Source: the human T2T-CHM13v2.0 reference genome, Homo sapiens
Direction: 5' to 3' (one strand)
Length of the DNA stretch: 64,000 nucleotides
Assembly: GCF_009914755.1 (NCBI RefSeq)
Contig: NC_060930.1
Numbering within the stretch: the stretch's first letter is position 1; every line of letters begins with the position of its first letter. This document shows positions 44,641 through 57,500 of this stretch, in pieces. The notes beneath the pieces are model-generated. The model was not told the DNA's origin. It was given only the letters and a program-made list of their open reading frames with translations, and made no database searches. Both the position numbers and the translations under genes were made by a program.

Positions 44641-47600
44641 TAGCAGACTACTTTTAGGGACAATTTATGTTTTGCCATAAATGGAAACTAGGAATTTTCC
44701 ATCATACCTTTCCTTGAACTTCATTGATCCTCAATTTTTAAATAAATCTTCACCATCATATCACATTTCTCCACTTACAAACTTTTTGGCTTTGATTATT
44801 TTTTCTTTCTGCCTCTGAATTTTCTGCTCTTTGACTTCCTTCTGGTTTGTTTTTCCATTTGAGTTTAAAAATGCTTTGTTTTCTCAAAACAAAGTTTTAG
44901 AAAGATGTTTTCTAAATCATTGTACTATCTTCAACAATAAAGATTTTTAAAAACATTTAACAAATGTTTGTTTGATGGCTTGTGTGGGAATTGAAACAGC
45001 ATATATCTGCAGTGCACAGGACCAGTACTTTAATTTCAATACTTTCATGACTGTGAGAGAAATTACCTTTGTGATTCTTCCCAGGAAAAATCTCTGCCAA
45101 TCTGTGGCGGTTAAATGGTCAATTTATTTGGCTCTACAGTGGGACACTTGGTTTTTCAGGGATTAACTTAACCAGCTTTAAATTAATCGGTCTATTTCCT
45201 TCTTTATTCTTGATAATTTCTGTGAATTACTTTTATTATTTTCTATTTTAGTTTTTGTGGCTACAAAGTAGATGTGTATTTTTATGGAGTACCTGGAAAG
45301 TTTTGATACAAGAATGCAATGCTTCATAACCACATCATGTAAAATGAGGTACCCATCTTCTCAAGCATTTATCTTTTGTGTTACAAACAATCCAATTATA
45401 CTCTTTTGGTTATTTTAAAATATACAATTAAATTATTATTGACTATAGACACTCTGTTATGCTGTCAAATACTAGGTATTATTCATTATTTCTAACTATT
45501 TTTTGTACTCATTAACCATCCTCACCTACCCCCATACCCCTACTTCCCTTCCCAGCCTCCGTTAACTATCATTCTATTGTCTATCTCCATGAGTTCAATT
45601 GTTTTGATTTTTAGATCCCACAAGTAAGTGAGAACATGCGATATCTGTCTTTCTGTGCCAGGCTTATTTCACTTAACATAATGGCCTCCAGTGCCATCCA
45701 TGTTGTTGCAGATGACAGGATCTCATTCTTTTTTTTTTTTAAGACTGTATAGTACTTCACTGTGTATAAGTACCACATTTTCTTGATGGACACTTAGTTG
45801 CTTCCAAATTGTTGCTATAGTGAACAGTGCTGCAACAAACATGGGAATGCAGATATCTGTTCAATATACTGATTTCCTTTGGTTGTATACCCAGCAGTGG
45901 GATTGCTAGATCATATGATAGCTCTATTTTTTTTTTTTGAGGGAATTACAAACTCTTCTCCATAGTAGTTGTAATAATTTACATTCCCACCAACAGTATA
46001 CGAATGTTCCTTTTTTTCCACATTCTTGCCAGCATTTGTTGCTACCTGTCTTTTGGATGTAAGCCATTTTAACTGGGCTGAGATAATATTGCATTGTAGT
46101 TTTGATTTGAATTTCTCTGATGATCAATGATGTTGAGCACCTTTTCATGGGCCTCTTTGCCATTTGTGTGTCTTCTTTTGAGAAACATCTATTCAAATTA
46201 TTTGCCCATTTTTAAATCTGATTATTAGAGTTTTTCCTACAGAGTTGTTTGAGCTTCTTATATATTGTGGTTATCAATCCCTTGTTAGATGGGTAGTTTG
46301 TAAATATTTCCTCCAATTCTGTGAGTTGCCTTTTGGCTTTGTTGATTGTTTCCTTTGCTGCACAGAAGCTTTTTGTCTAATGTGATCCTATTTGTCCTGT
46401 TTTGCTTTGGTTGTCTGTGCTTGTGGAATATTACTCAAGAAATTTTTGCCCAGGCTAATGTCCTGGAAAGCTTCCTCGAAGTTTTCTTCTGGTGGATTCA
46501 TAGTTTGAGGTCTTAGACTTAAGTCTTTAATCCATTTTTGATTTGATTTTTGTATATGGCGAGAGAGGGATATAGTTTCATTCTTCTGCATATGGATATC
46601 GAGTTTTCCTTCATGGTTCATATTGGTAGGTTGTGTGTGTCTAATCATTTGTCTATTTCTTTTAGATTTTTCATTTTATTGGCATATTGTTCCTCATAGT
46701 AACCACTATGATCCCTTGAATTTCTTCAGTATCAGAAGTAATGTCTCCTTTTTCATCTCTGATTTTATTTGGATCTTCTTTTTTCTTAGTTTTGCTAAAG
46801 CTTTGTCAATTTTAACTTTTCATAAAATCCAAGGTTTTTTTTATTGATCTTTTGTATTGTTTTCTTCACTTCAATTTCATTTATTTCAATGAAATAAATT
46901 TTAATTTCTGCTTTGATCTTTATTATTTATTTTATTCTACTAATTTTAGGTTTGATTTCCTCTTGCTTTTCTAGTTTTTAAAGATGCGTTAGCATTGTTA
47001 CGTTGATTCTTTGAAACTTTTCCTCTTTTTTGATGTAAGCACTTTTAGCTATGAACTTCCCTCTTAGCACTGCTTTAACTCTTTTTCATAAGTTTTGGTA
47101 TGGTATATGTCCATTATCATTTATTTCAAGAAATGTTTCAATTTTCTTGTTCATTCCTTCATTGACCCACTAGTCATTCAGGAGGATATTGTGTAACTTC
47201 CATGTGTTTGTGTAGTTTCCAAAATTCTTCTTGCTTTTGATTTCTACTTTTAGTCCATTGTGGTTGGAGAAAATACTTGGTATTATTTCAATTTCTTAAA
47301 ATGTTTTAAGACTTACTTTGTGACTTAATACATGGTCTATCCTTTAGAATGATCCATGTGCTGAGGAAAACGATGTGTATTCTGCAGCCATTGGGATGAA
47401 ATGTTCTGTAAATATCTGTTAGATTCATTTGGTCTATAGTGCAGATTAAGTCTGATGTTTCCTTGTTGAGTTTTCTCTCTCAATGATTTGTCCAATTCTA
47501 AAAATGGAGTGTTGAAGTCTCTAACTATTATTGTACTGGGATCTATCTCTTTTTAGTTTAATAATTTTGCTTTAAATATATGGATGCTGCAGTGTTGGGG

Positions 47601-47652
47601 TGCATATATATTTATAATTGTTATATCCTTTTGCTGAATGGACCCCTTTATC

Positions 47653-47945
47653 TTTCTTTTTGAGACAGAGTCTCGTTCTATCACCCAGGCTAGAGTGCAA
47701 ATGGCATGATCTTGGATCACTGCAACCTCCGCCTCCTGGGTTCAAGCAATTCTCCTGCCTCAGCCTCTCAAGAAGCTGGGATTACAGGTGCCCATGACCA
47801 CGCCCAGCTAATTTTTTGTAAATTTAGTAGAGACTGAGTTTTGCCATGTTGGCCAGGCTGGTCTCAAACTCCTGACCCCAGGTAATCCACCCACCTGAGC
47901 CTCCCAAAGTGCTGGGATTACAGGCATGAGCCACCATGCCCAACC
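47653..47945 (-). mobile_element. AluS with 12-bp TSD
   Basis: GACCCCTTTATC at 47641-47652 and 47947-47958. Confidence 0.94.
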
Positions 47946-47989
47946 TGACCCCTTTATCATTATATAGTAACCTTCTTTGTCTCTTGTTA

Positions 47990-49248
47990 TTAGGTTAGTG
48001 CAAAAGTAATTGCAATTTCAGATTATGAATCTTAAATCATTATAAGAGGCTCAAGCACATCTTTATTAATCAAAATAGGAACAATTACAATCAACATATT
48101 TTTGCCAATGAAAAATATGTTTGTTAATTCTTGTAGCATAAAGATTCATGCTTCAGGATTTGACAAACTACTGGAGAGCATTTTCTTCATCCTGCTGGTT
48201 GTGGAAGCATTTTCCCTGCAAAAAGTTGTTGCAATGCTTGAAAAAGTGGTAGTTCCTTGGTGAGAGATCAGGTGAATATGGCAGATGAGGCAAAACTTCA
48301 TAGCCCAATTTGTTCAACTTTTGAAGTGTTGGTTGTGTGATGTGCGATTGGGCATTGTCCTGGAGAAGAATTGGGCCCTTTCTGTAGATCAATGCCAGCT
48401 GCAGGCATTGCAGTTTTGGTGCATCTCATTGATTTGCTGATCGTATTTCTCAGATGTGATGGTTTCACCAGGATTCAGAAAGCTGTAGTGGATCAGACTG
48501 GCAGTAGACCATCAAAGAGTGACCATGGCCTTTTTGTGATGCAAGTTTGGCTTTGGGAAGTGCTTTGGAGCTTCTTCTCAGTCGAACCATTGAGCTGGTC
48601 ATCACTAATTTTCATATAAAATCCACTTTTCATCACATGTCACAATCTGGTTGAGAAATGGTTTGTTGTGTAGAATAAGAGAAGATGACACTTCAAAATG
48701 ACAATTTTTAAAATTTTGTCAGCTCATGAGGCACCCACTTATCAAGCTTTTTTGCCTTTCCAATTTGCTTCAAATGCCAAACAACTGCAAAATGGTTGAC
48801 CTTGAGTTCTTTGGCAACATCTTGTATAGTTGTGAGAGGATCAGCATAGATGATTGCTCTCAACTGGTCATTGTCAACTTGTGATGGCCAGCCACTATAC
48901 TCCTCATCTTCAAGGCTCTCATCTCCTTTGCAAAACTTCTTGAACCACCACTGCACTGTACGTTTGTTAGCAGTTCCTGGGACAAATGCATTGTTGATGT
49001 TGCCAGTTGACTCTGCTACTTTATGACCTATTTTTAACTGGAATAAGAAAATTATTCGAATTTGCTTTTTATCTAACATAATTTCAATAGTCTAAAATAA
49101 ACAGCAAGTAATAAGTCATTAGAAAAAAAGCAAGAAATGGCTATTAAAATAACGTGTAACATAACCACATTTATTTAAGAATGTATTCCAATATCAAACA
49201 GCAAATCCCAACAACGCAAAAACCGCAATTCCTACTGCACCAACCCAT
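47990..49248 (-). mobile_element. Full-length Hsmar1 mariner transposon
   Basis: TA|TTAGGTTAGTGCAAAAGTAATTGC on the left; aaaaccgcaatt...tgcaccaacc on the right; about 1.26 kb. Confidence 0.95.
48066..49088 (-). pseudogene. Hsmar1 transposase pseudogene
   Basis: MLDKKQIR..RTVQWWFKKF..KLDKWVPHEL; PILLQDNA; YSPDLSPRNY. First ATG mutated to ATT; internal frameshifts and stops. Confidence 0.93.
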
Positions 49249-52200
49249 TTTTGTCTCGAAATCTATTTAATCTGATATGAATATAGCTACTTCTGCTCTT
49301 TTGTGGATCCACTGGCATGAAATATCTTTTTCCATTCCTTTATTTCTCATCTATGTGTGTCTTTATATGTGAAGTGTTTTTCTTGTAGGCAACAGATCAT
49401 TGAGTCTTTTTTTAAAACTTCATTCAGTTGTATGTGTTTTGATTGGAGAGTTTAGTCAATTTTCATTCAATATTATTATTGATAAGTAAGGACTTACTGC
49501 TGCCATTTTATTATTTGTTTTCTGGTTGTTTTATGGTCTTCTCTTCTTTCTTTTCTTTCTTCCTGTCTTCCTTTTAGTGGAGGTGATTTTCTCTGGTGAT
49601 ATGGTTTAGTTTCTTACTTTTTATTTCTTGTATATCTGCTTTATGTTTTTTGGTTTGTGGTTACCATGAGCCCTGCAAATACTACCTTATAACCCATTAT
49701 TTTAAGATGATAACAACTTTCTATTCATGTAAACAAACAAGCAAATAGACAACTAAACTGATGAAGACTCTATGCGATACTTCATCCACCTACTTTTTAA
49801 GTTTTGTTGTTTGTATTTACATATTATTGTACTTTCTATTTCTTAAAAAGTTGTTGTAGTTGTTATTTTTTACTGGTTCATTATTTTTACTTAAGGGAAC
49901 TTATTTTACACACCACAGTTACAGTGTTATAATATTCTGTTTTTCTGTGTATTTACTATTACCAGTGAATTTTGTACCTTTAGATGATTTATTATTGCTG
50001 ATAATGTCATTTTCTTTCTGATTGAAATACTTCATTTAGCACTTCTTACAGGAAAGGTCTGATGTTGATGAAATATCTCAGCTTTTGTTTGTCTGGGAAA
50101 GTCTGTATTTCTCCTTTATGTTTGAAGGATATTGTCACCAGATATACTATTCTAGGGTAAAACACATTTTTCCATTAACACTTTAAATATGTTATGCCAC
50201 TCTCTCCAGGCCTGTAAGGTTTCCACTGAAAAGTCTGCTGCCAAGTGTATTGAAGCTGCATTGTATGTTATTCATTTCTTTTCTCTTGTTGCTTTTAGAG
50301 TCCTTTCTTTATCCTTGACCTTTGTGAGCTTGATTATTCAATGCCTTGAGGTAGTCTTCTTGGGTTAAATCTACTTGCTGTTCTATAACCTTCTTGTACT
50401 TGGATATTCATATCTTTCTCTTGGTTTCGGACATTCTCTGTTATTATCCCTTTGAATAAACTCTACCCCATTTCTTTCTGTACCTACTCTCCAATCTTTA
50501 AGGCCAATAAATTTTATGTTAGCCCTTTTGAGTCTATTTTCCAGATCCTGTGGACATGCTTCATTGTTTTTAATTTTTTTCTTTTGTCTCCTCTGACTGT
50601 GTATTTTCAAGTACCTGTCTTCAAACTCACTAATTCTTTCTTCTGCTTCATCAGCTTTGCTATTAAAAGACTCTGATGCATTCTTCAATGTGCCAATTAA
50701 ATTTTTCAGCTCCAGAATTTCTGCTTGAATGTTTTTAAATATTTTAATCTCTTTATTAAATTTGTCTGATAGAATTCTGAATTCCTCCTCTGTGTTATCT
50801 TTAATTTCTTTGAATTTCTGTACAATAGCTATTTTGAATGTTCTGTCAAAAGGTCACTTATCTTTGTTTCTCCAGTGTTGGTCTCTGGTGCTGTAATTAG
50901 TTCATTTGGTAAGGTCATGTTTTCCTGGATGGTCTTCATACTTGTAGATGTTTGTCAGTGTCTGGGCATTATTAAGAGTTAGGTATTTATTATTGTCTTC
51001 TCAGTCTGGGCTTATTTGTACCCATCCTTCTTGGGAAGGCTTTCCAGATATGCAAAAGGAGTTGAGTCTTGTGATCTAAGCTGTATCTGCTTTTGGGAGC
51101 ACCCTAACCTTATTAACATTGTGGTTCTTGTGGACTTGTTGAAATACCACCTCGATGGTCTTGTACAAGATCCAGAAGAATTATCTGGATTACCAGGCAG
51201 AGACTCTTGTTCTCTTCCCTTACTTTCTCCCAAACAAATGGAATTTGTTCTGAGCCACCTGGACCAGGTGATGAAGTGACATAAGCACCCCTGTGGCCAC
51301 CACTATTATGATTGTGCTGGGTCAGGCCTGAATCTAACAGAGCACTGGGTCTTGCCCAAGGCCTTCTATAACCACTCCCTGGCTACCACCTACATTCACT
51401 CAAGGCCTTGGGGCCCTACAATCGGCAGGTGACAAAGCCAGTCAGTGCTGTGTCCTTCTCTTCAGGGTGGCAAGTTTCCTTAGGCCGTGGTTGCATCCAG
51501 AGATGCTGTCTGGGAGCCTGGGACTAGAGCAAAAATCCTTAGAAAGTCCCTCTGATGTTCTAACATACTTAGTCTGACCTGGCACTCAAACCACAAGATG
51601 TAGTTCTTCTCATTCTTCCATCCACTTTCCAAAGGCAGAGGAGCCTCACCCTGTGGCCACCTCCACCACAGGCCCATGGGGAGTACTGCCAGACTACAGC
51701 TGATGTTCCCTTAAGACCCAAGTGCTCTTCAGTCAGCTCGTGGTGAATGCTTTCTGTCCTGGGATTTTCCCTTCAGGGAAGTGGGCTCCCCTGTGGCCCA
51801 GGGCAGGTCCAGAAATGCCATCCAAGATTCATGTCCTGGAATTGCAAACCCCAAGAGCCCACTTGGTGCTCTATTCACCTGTGGTTGTGCTGGTACCTGA
51901 GGTAAAAGACGAAGTACTTCTTACTTTTCCCTCCACTTTTCTCAAGTGGAAGTTATCTCACCCCACAGCCACTACAGCTGGGAATGTGCTGAGTCTCACC
52001 TAAAGCCAGCAAGTCTCAAAGTCTCCCTCAAGGCCATCAACATAGTACTTGGGTATTGCTGCTGGTTATTCAGGGCCTAAGGGCTCTTCAGTTAGCAAGT
52101 GATGAATCCTACCAGGACTGGGTTCTTTTCTTCCATAAAGCAGATTCCCTTCTGGTGCAGGTCATGTCTAAAAATGTTGTTTGGAAGCAACGGCTCGGAA

Positions 52201-53639
52201 AGAAGACCTCATGACTGACTGGTGCCCTATCCTGTTGTGGCTGAGCTGATATGCAAGATGCAAGATGCAGTGCTCCCCACTCTTCCTTCTCCTCTCCACA
52301 AGTGGAAGGAAGGGGTTGTTTTTGGAGCCACAAGCTGTGTAGCTTGGGGTTATGGGAGAGGTAATGCCAGAACTCTCTTAGCTGCCCTTTGCTGGTGTCT
52401 CAGTAGGCTGAGCTTGTCCCAGTCCACTGGCTAGGGGTGGCACTAGGACTCATTTAGGCATTGCAGTCCTTGTGGCCTAGGCTGCCTTTCAAGTTTAGTT
52501 AGAGCCCCAGAGCACTTTAGCCCATATTGATGAGACTTGAGGAACTCAAGTTCAGATCACTGGGATGGCGATTATCCTCAGGCTAGGGCTGGTTTGAATG
52601 CTTCCTCCCTAGGAGGGCATTGGCTGAGTTTGGTCTGGTTTTGTTTTCTGCTATAACAGGGGAGTTCAATGCCTTAAAATTGCTGTGTTCTCCGTCTCCC
52701 CAGTGCACAAAAACACTCTGCACCAAGCCACTGATGCTGAGAGGGATGGAGAAGAAGTGGTGGCGGAGACTCAAGACTGTTTTTCCTACTTCTTCAGTGC
52801 CTCTTTCAGCAATATGAAGTTAAAACCAAGTGCTGTGAGTGCTCACCTAATTTTTGGTTCTTATGAAGGTTCTTTTTTTGTGTGTAGATAGTTGTTAAAT
52901 TGGAGTGTCTTGGTTTGGGGGATGATAGGTAGAACCTTCTATTCTGCCATGTTGCTCTGCCCCCAAATATTTTTAGATATATGTATTTACCTTAGTTCCA
53001 TGTATAAAGAATATTCTTCAAAATTATACCATCACAATCACAAAACATACTAAGATCTGAACTGGAATGTTTAAAGACCAACAACAAACAAACCCTACAT
53101 CCTATTTTCTCTTAATGTCTCTCTCTGGGCTGCTATACTGGTTGGATCATACATAATAATTCAGTGTTTTAGAATGACACACTATAAATTTTAATAATTC
53201 TTTAATAGCTGTGTGAAATGCATGACTAAAAGAGTGATATTGGGGTAATGATAAGATAGATATTGAGATAATGATAAGAGATAATGACTAAGAGATAATG
53301 ATATTTGATTCTGTGTACTTGTGATAAAATTAAATATTACATGTTATTGGGTTCCCTATAGAAGGCAATTCAATAATGAGTGATCAAATGATAAAGAAGT
53401 GAATGCAAATAACAATTTTTAAAATGCAGTATACACTCTCATAAGGACAAAAGGTTAGAGCCGTTTGTATTGATAGAAAGTACAAAAATTAAAAAGGACA
53501 TTTATTTAAAAGGTAAAAGAAAAATGAGCTTTGCCTTGAATTCCCATGCTTGACAGAGAGATGTGCAAAGAGAAATTTTAAAAGCAGCATAATATGTGTT
53601 TCAGAGTTTGGTTATTTTATTTAAAAATAATTAATTAAG

Positions 53640-54560
53640 TATTTTAATTGACAGTAATTGTATATATTTATTATGTATAATATGGTGTTTTGAAATATGT
53701 ATACCTTGTGAAATGGCTAAATCAAGCTAATGTACATATATATCACCTCACACACATCATTTTCTTGTGATGAGAACATCTAAAACCTATCCTCTTAGTG
53801 ATATTTAAGAATATAATACATTGTTATTAACTATAGTATCTATGTTATAGATCTTTTGAACTTATTACTCCTACATAAGAATATTTTGTATTATTTGACC
53901 AACATCTCCCCAAAACCCTCTGCTAGACACTAGTAACCACCATTCTACTCTCTGCTTCTATGAGTTTAACATTTTTATATTTCACATAATTGAGATCATG
54001 TGATACTTGTCTTTCTATGGAGTTTTTCCCTACATTCTAGGAGTTTTACAGTTTAAGTTTTTAATCCATTTTGAATTGATTTTTGTATATGGTGTGAGAT
54101 AAGGGTCTAATTTCATTCTGCATGTGGATATCCATTTGTCCAAAAACCATTTATTGAAGAAACTGTCCTTTTCCCATTATATGTATACTTGAAAGCTTTG
54201 TCAAATATCAATTGACCATAAATGCATAGATTTGTTTATAGGCTCTCTATTTTGTTCCACTAGTCTATGTGTCTGTTTTTACACCAATATAATGCTATAT
54301 TGATTACTATAGTTTTGTAGTATATCTAAAAGTCAGGTGGTGTGATGCCTCTGTTTTTGTTCTTTTTGATCAAGGCTGCTTTGGATACTTTGGGATCTTT
54401 TGTGGTTCTATACAAATTTTAAGTTTGTTTTCTTCTATTTCTGTGAAAAATGTCATTGGTATTCTGATAGGGATTGCACTGAATCTGTGATAGCTCTGAG
54501 TAGTATTACCACTTAAAAAATATTAATTCTTCCAATCCATGAACACAGGATATCTTTCCA
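53640..54560 (-). mobile_element. L1MA8/9-like fragment with internal deletion near 54018
   Basis: gtgaaatggctaaatcaagctaat...taaccaccattctactctctgcttctatgagtt, then ORF2 piece catgtggatatccatttgtcc. Confidence 0.8.
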
Positions 54561-57500
54561 TTCCAGGACTTGTTTTAAAAGTGTTGTAACTAGTGCCGTG
54601 TCTTTGGTAAAACCTTGCTCAATAATTGCTATGCCATGTCCCAAGCATTGTTCTTATAAAATGAAGGAATTATTTTATTTCATATTATATTTTTACAGAC
54701 AAAACAATAAGAACTTAGTCCCCTAAATGCTGAATATTAATTATATAGTGCACATTGTTATAAGTTTCTGTAACACATTTAATTTGTTTGGTTTTATTTT
54801 GTGAGTGACAATGACTGCTTAAACTCTACTATGGATTGATCAAAGATAGTGAAACGTGATGTTTACAATTCTCCCTCAATCAACATCAGACTTTTGGTAA
54901 AATACATAAAACTGAATTATTTCTTTCATAAAATTAGATTCAACTTATACAGTTTGAATTTAGAAATCCTTTACAGGGGACATGACTGATTATATGTAAA
55001 CATTAACTTGTTCTTACTTAATGAGTTAATTTTTAAAATCAGTTATTCAGATGGACATTTAAGGACACTCTTGATCAAAACTGCTTTCAAAAATGGTGAC
55101 TTTATCAGGTATAAGCTTCAATTATATAGAAAACTCAACTAGATATTAAACACTTATTTTCCCAGTAATGCTTAGGAGATTGAAGCAATACTTTATGCCT
55201 GGGAGGGCGGGGGGAAACAAAAACAAAACTATTTCTTAAAATGAGTTCCTGTTTGCAAGAATGAAGAGAAAACAAATCATAGGAAATGCAGCCTGTATTG
55301 ACCCCATTTCTTAGTCATTAAGCTATTTTTGAGACTAATGAGAAAATATGTCAAACATATTTAATTTTTCTCCACATGAACAACCAGAATAAACCTCTGT
55401 GGTGAGCCTAGCACACTGATCAAGTTTTCATATCATTTTTTTAAGTGAGCACATTCCCCAAACAGTTTTTTTGAGTGAAATAGTCAAGGTAAGGAAAATT
55501 TCCTTGCCAGCCTTCCTTGAGCATACTGAAGCAGCAGTAACAGAAATGATTGTACCAGCCCTTTCACTGTGTAAATTCAAGCTGTAGTTCAGAGAACATC
55601 AAAGGGGTCAAAGGGATAGTAGGGGTTTTTGTGTCCCAACTTGTCCCTATTCTTTTTGTGGTAGCTGATCCCATCTGTCTCCAAGAGCTGATTGTAGCTT
55701 ATGCTTTGTGAGTATTGTTCACAAGTCACCTAAGTAAAGATTAAACTTGTGGCTCCTTTCCCATGTGTTCAGTCTGGTGTTAAAATGTAAAAACAGCCGT
55801 CTATTTGTACAAGCACACAGTCATAAGTAATGTGAGTCTGTAACATAGAATAACAAATTATTTAAATTTAACATATGAATATTTGAGATATTTTATGTTT
55901 TTATACTTTCTAACGATTTTAGAGATTTAAGTAGCCAAATTAGGCAAATAAAAGTTACTCTGCAGGGTGGTTGTGAAGCTGGAGGTTTCCTCAACCTGCA
56001 GAAAATACTGAGTATAGTGACTGACAAACGGTAAATAATATTTATGAATGATCATAACTGAACTTCTGGCCATAATGAGATTCATTAGCTGAAGAAAGGT
56101 GCTTTCAATGGGAAAGGATATATTTTTATATTTTCTAAAATCTTTACCTATTTTCTAATTTCTCCTTAAGTGTAAGGATGACAGCTTCTATATACTGAGC
56201 AACGACCATGTCTAACATTTTGTTGTTATTGCTTTACATTCATGATGTTGTGGCAGATTTCTTATAATACAATTCCCCACACCAGAGAATCTAGATACTT
56301 AACAAAAAAAAGCAACATGTATAATTGAGAAACAATTGGTCATTAATTCTTAGGCTTGGTTTTAGGGGAAACAGAGTTAATGCACTTTAATAAGTCTTCC
56401 TGTGGTACATATGTGTTGTAAGAGAGCTCTAGAGACTTAAAGCCTACAGGAGGTGTCTAGTGTGAATTAAACTACATTTGTTAACATCATTTTTCTGACT
56501 TATTTATAATGATTAAATATACTCGATTATTTTGCCCATAACCCAAGAATTAATTGACCTGGGCATTTAAAAAATATATATATATATATTTGTTTCAATT
56601 AAACAAAACAGATAAGTTAAATTGTTTTTATGTCCTGTGAACACTCCACCTTTGTTCATTATAGTAAATGGGGGAAGTACAAGTCATTTGATTGCTCTTT
56701 AACCTTTCATTATATCGACAATCTGTTATTGTCTAGCATCAATTCCATCCTTCTCAGAAGGTGGCTTGGCATTTTTGTGGTATTTTCAATCTAGGGAAAT
56801 AAATCTGCATCTCCATCTGGATTGACCAGATGAGGCTCCCTTCAGAGCCAATTAACACTTTACCAATGGGGTCACCTCAGCATGGTAGGAGGTGCTTTGC
56901 ACCTCCAGGGCGACCATAAACTGTCTCCACAATGCCTCCAGATGCTCCAGGTCTGGAAACCAATCAATCTTTTACATAAGTGGTTAGTACACCTACCCCA
57001 GGGTCCTAGAAAGACACATCAAAAGATATGTATAGCTTTCCAAGACAGAACTTTTTGAATATTCTTTTGTTTGTCTCTTCCTGTATTTACACTGACTGAG
57101 AAGAATACTTTTGACACACAGAAAAGCAAATCAAGCTTGGTGCGCAAGGCACAAGCCCCACTCCTGTTAAATTTTATAGTCACACATATGTTTATCACTT
57201 CTTAGCTAGTTTGACTAGAGATTTCTCAATAACCTCATTTGTGACCATTGAAAAGCCATAAATCCATATGGAAAGTCTTCTAGTGCCCAGTCCAGGGAGA
57301 GAGTTACAGGTCACACACCTGTAAAAATGTTTAAAGCATAGTCAGGGCAGCTCTGACACCACTGTGGGCTGCCTAAGGCACCTCTTTGTGGTATCCTGGT
57401 GGTACCTGAGAGATCTGTGGTTGTTTTTTTTAGGAGCCCAGACTTAGTTCACAGATTTCTTCAGCTTTTCTGCATAGGCGTCTCATTTAACGAAGCAATT

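Larger units (their letters stand above)
45240..52964 (-). mobile_element. L1MA2-like LINE, 5' UTR to 3' UTR, RT region deleted, hosting AluS and Hsmar1
   Basis: Minus-strand start ggggcagagcaacatggcagaata; ORF1 peptide KNASESFNSKADEAEERISEFED; junction about 46608; L1MA2 3' UTR at 45240-45600. Confidence 0.9.

Noticed and set aside
48066-49088. SETMAR gene
   Set aside because: Both TIRs present, nested in an L1, multiple stops and frameshifts, no SET-domain exons
53245-53305. Cluster of GATAA motifs
   Set aside because: Explained by short low-complexity duplications (gagataatga); no other regulatory evidence
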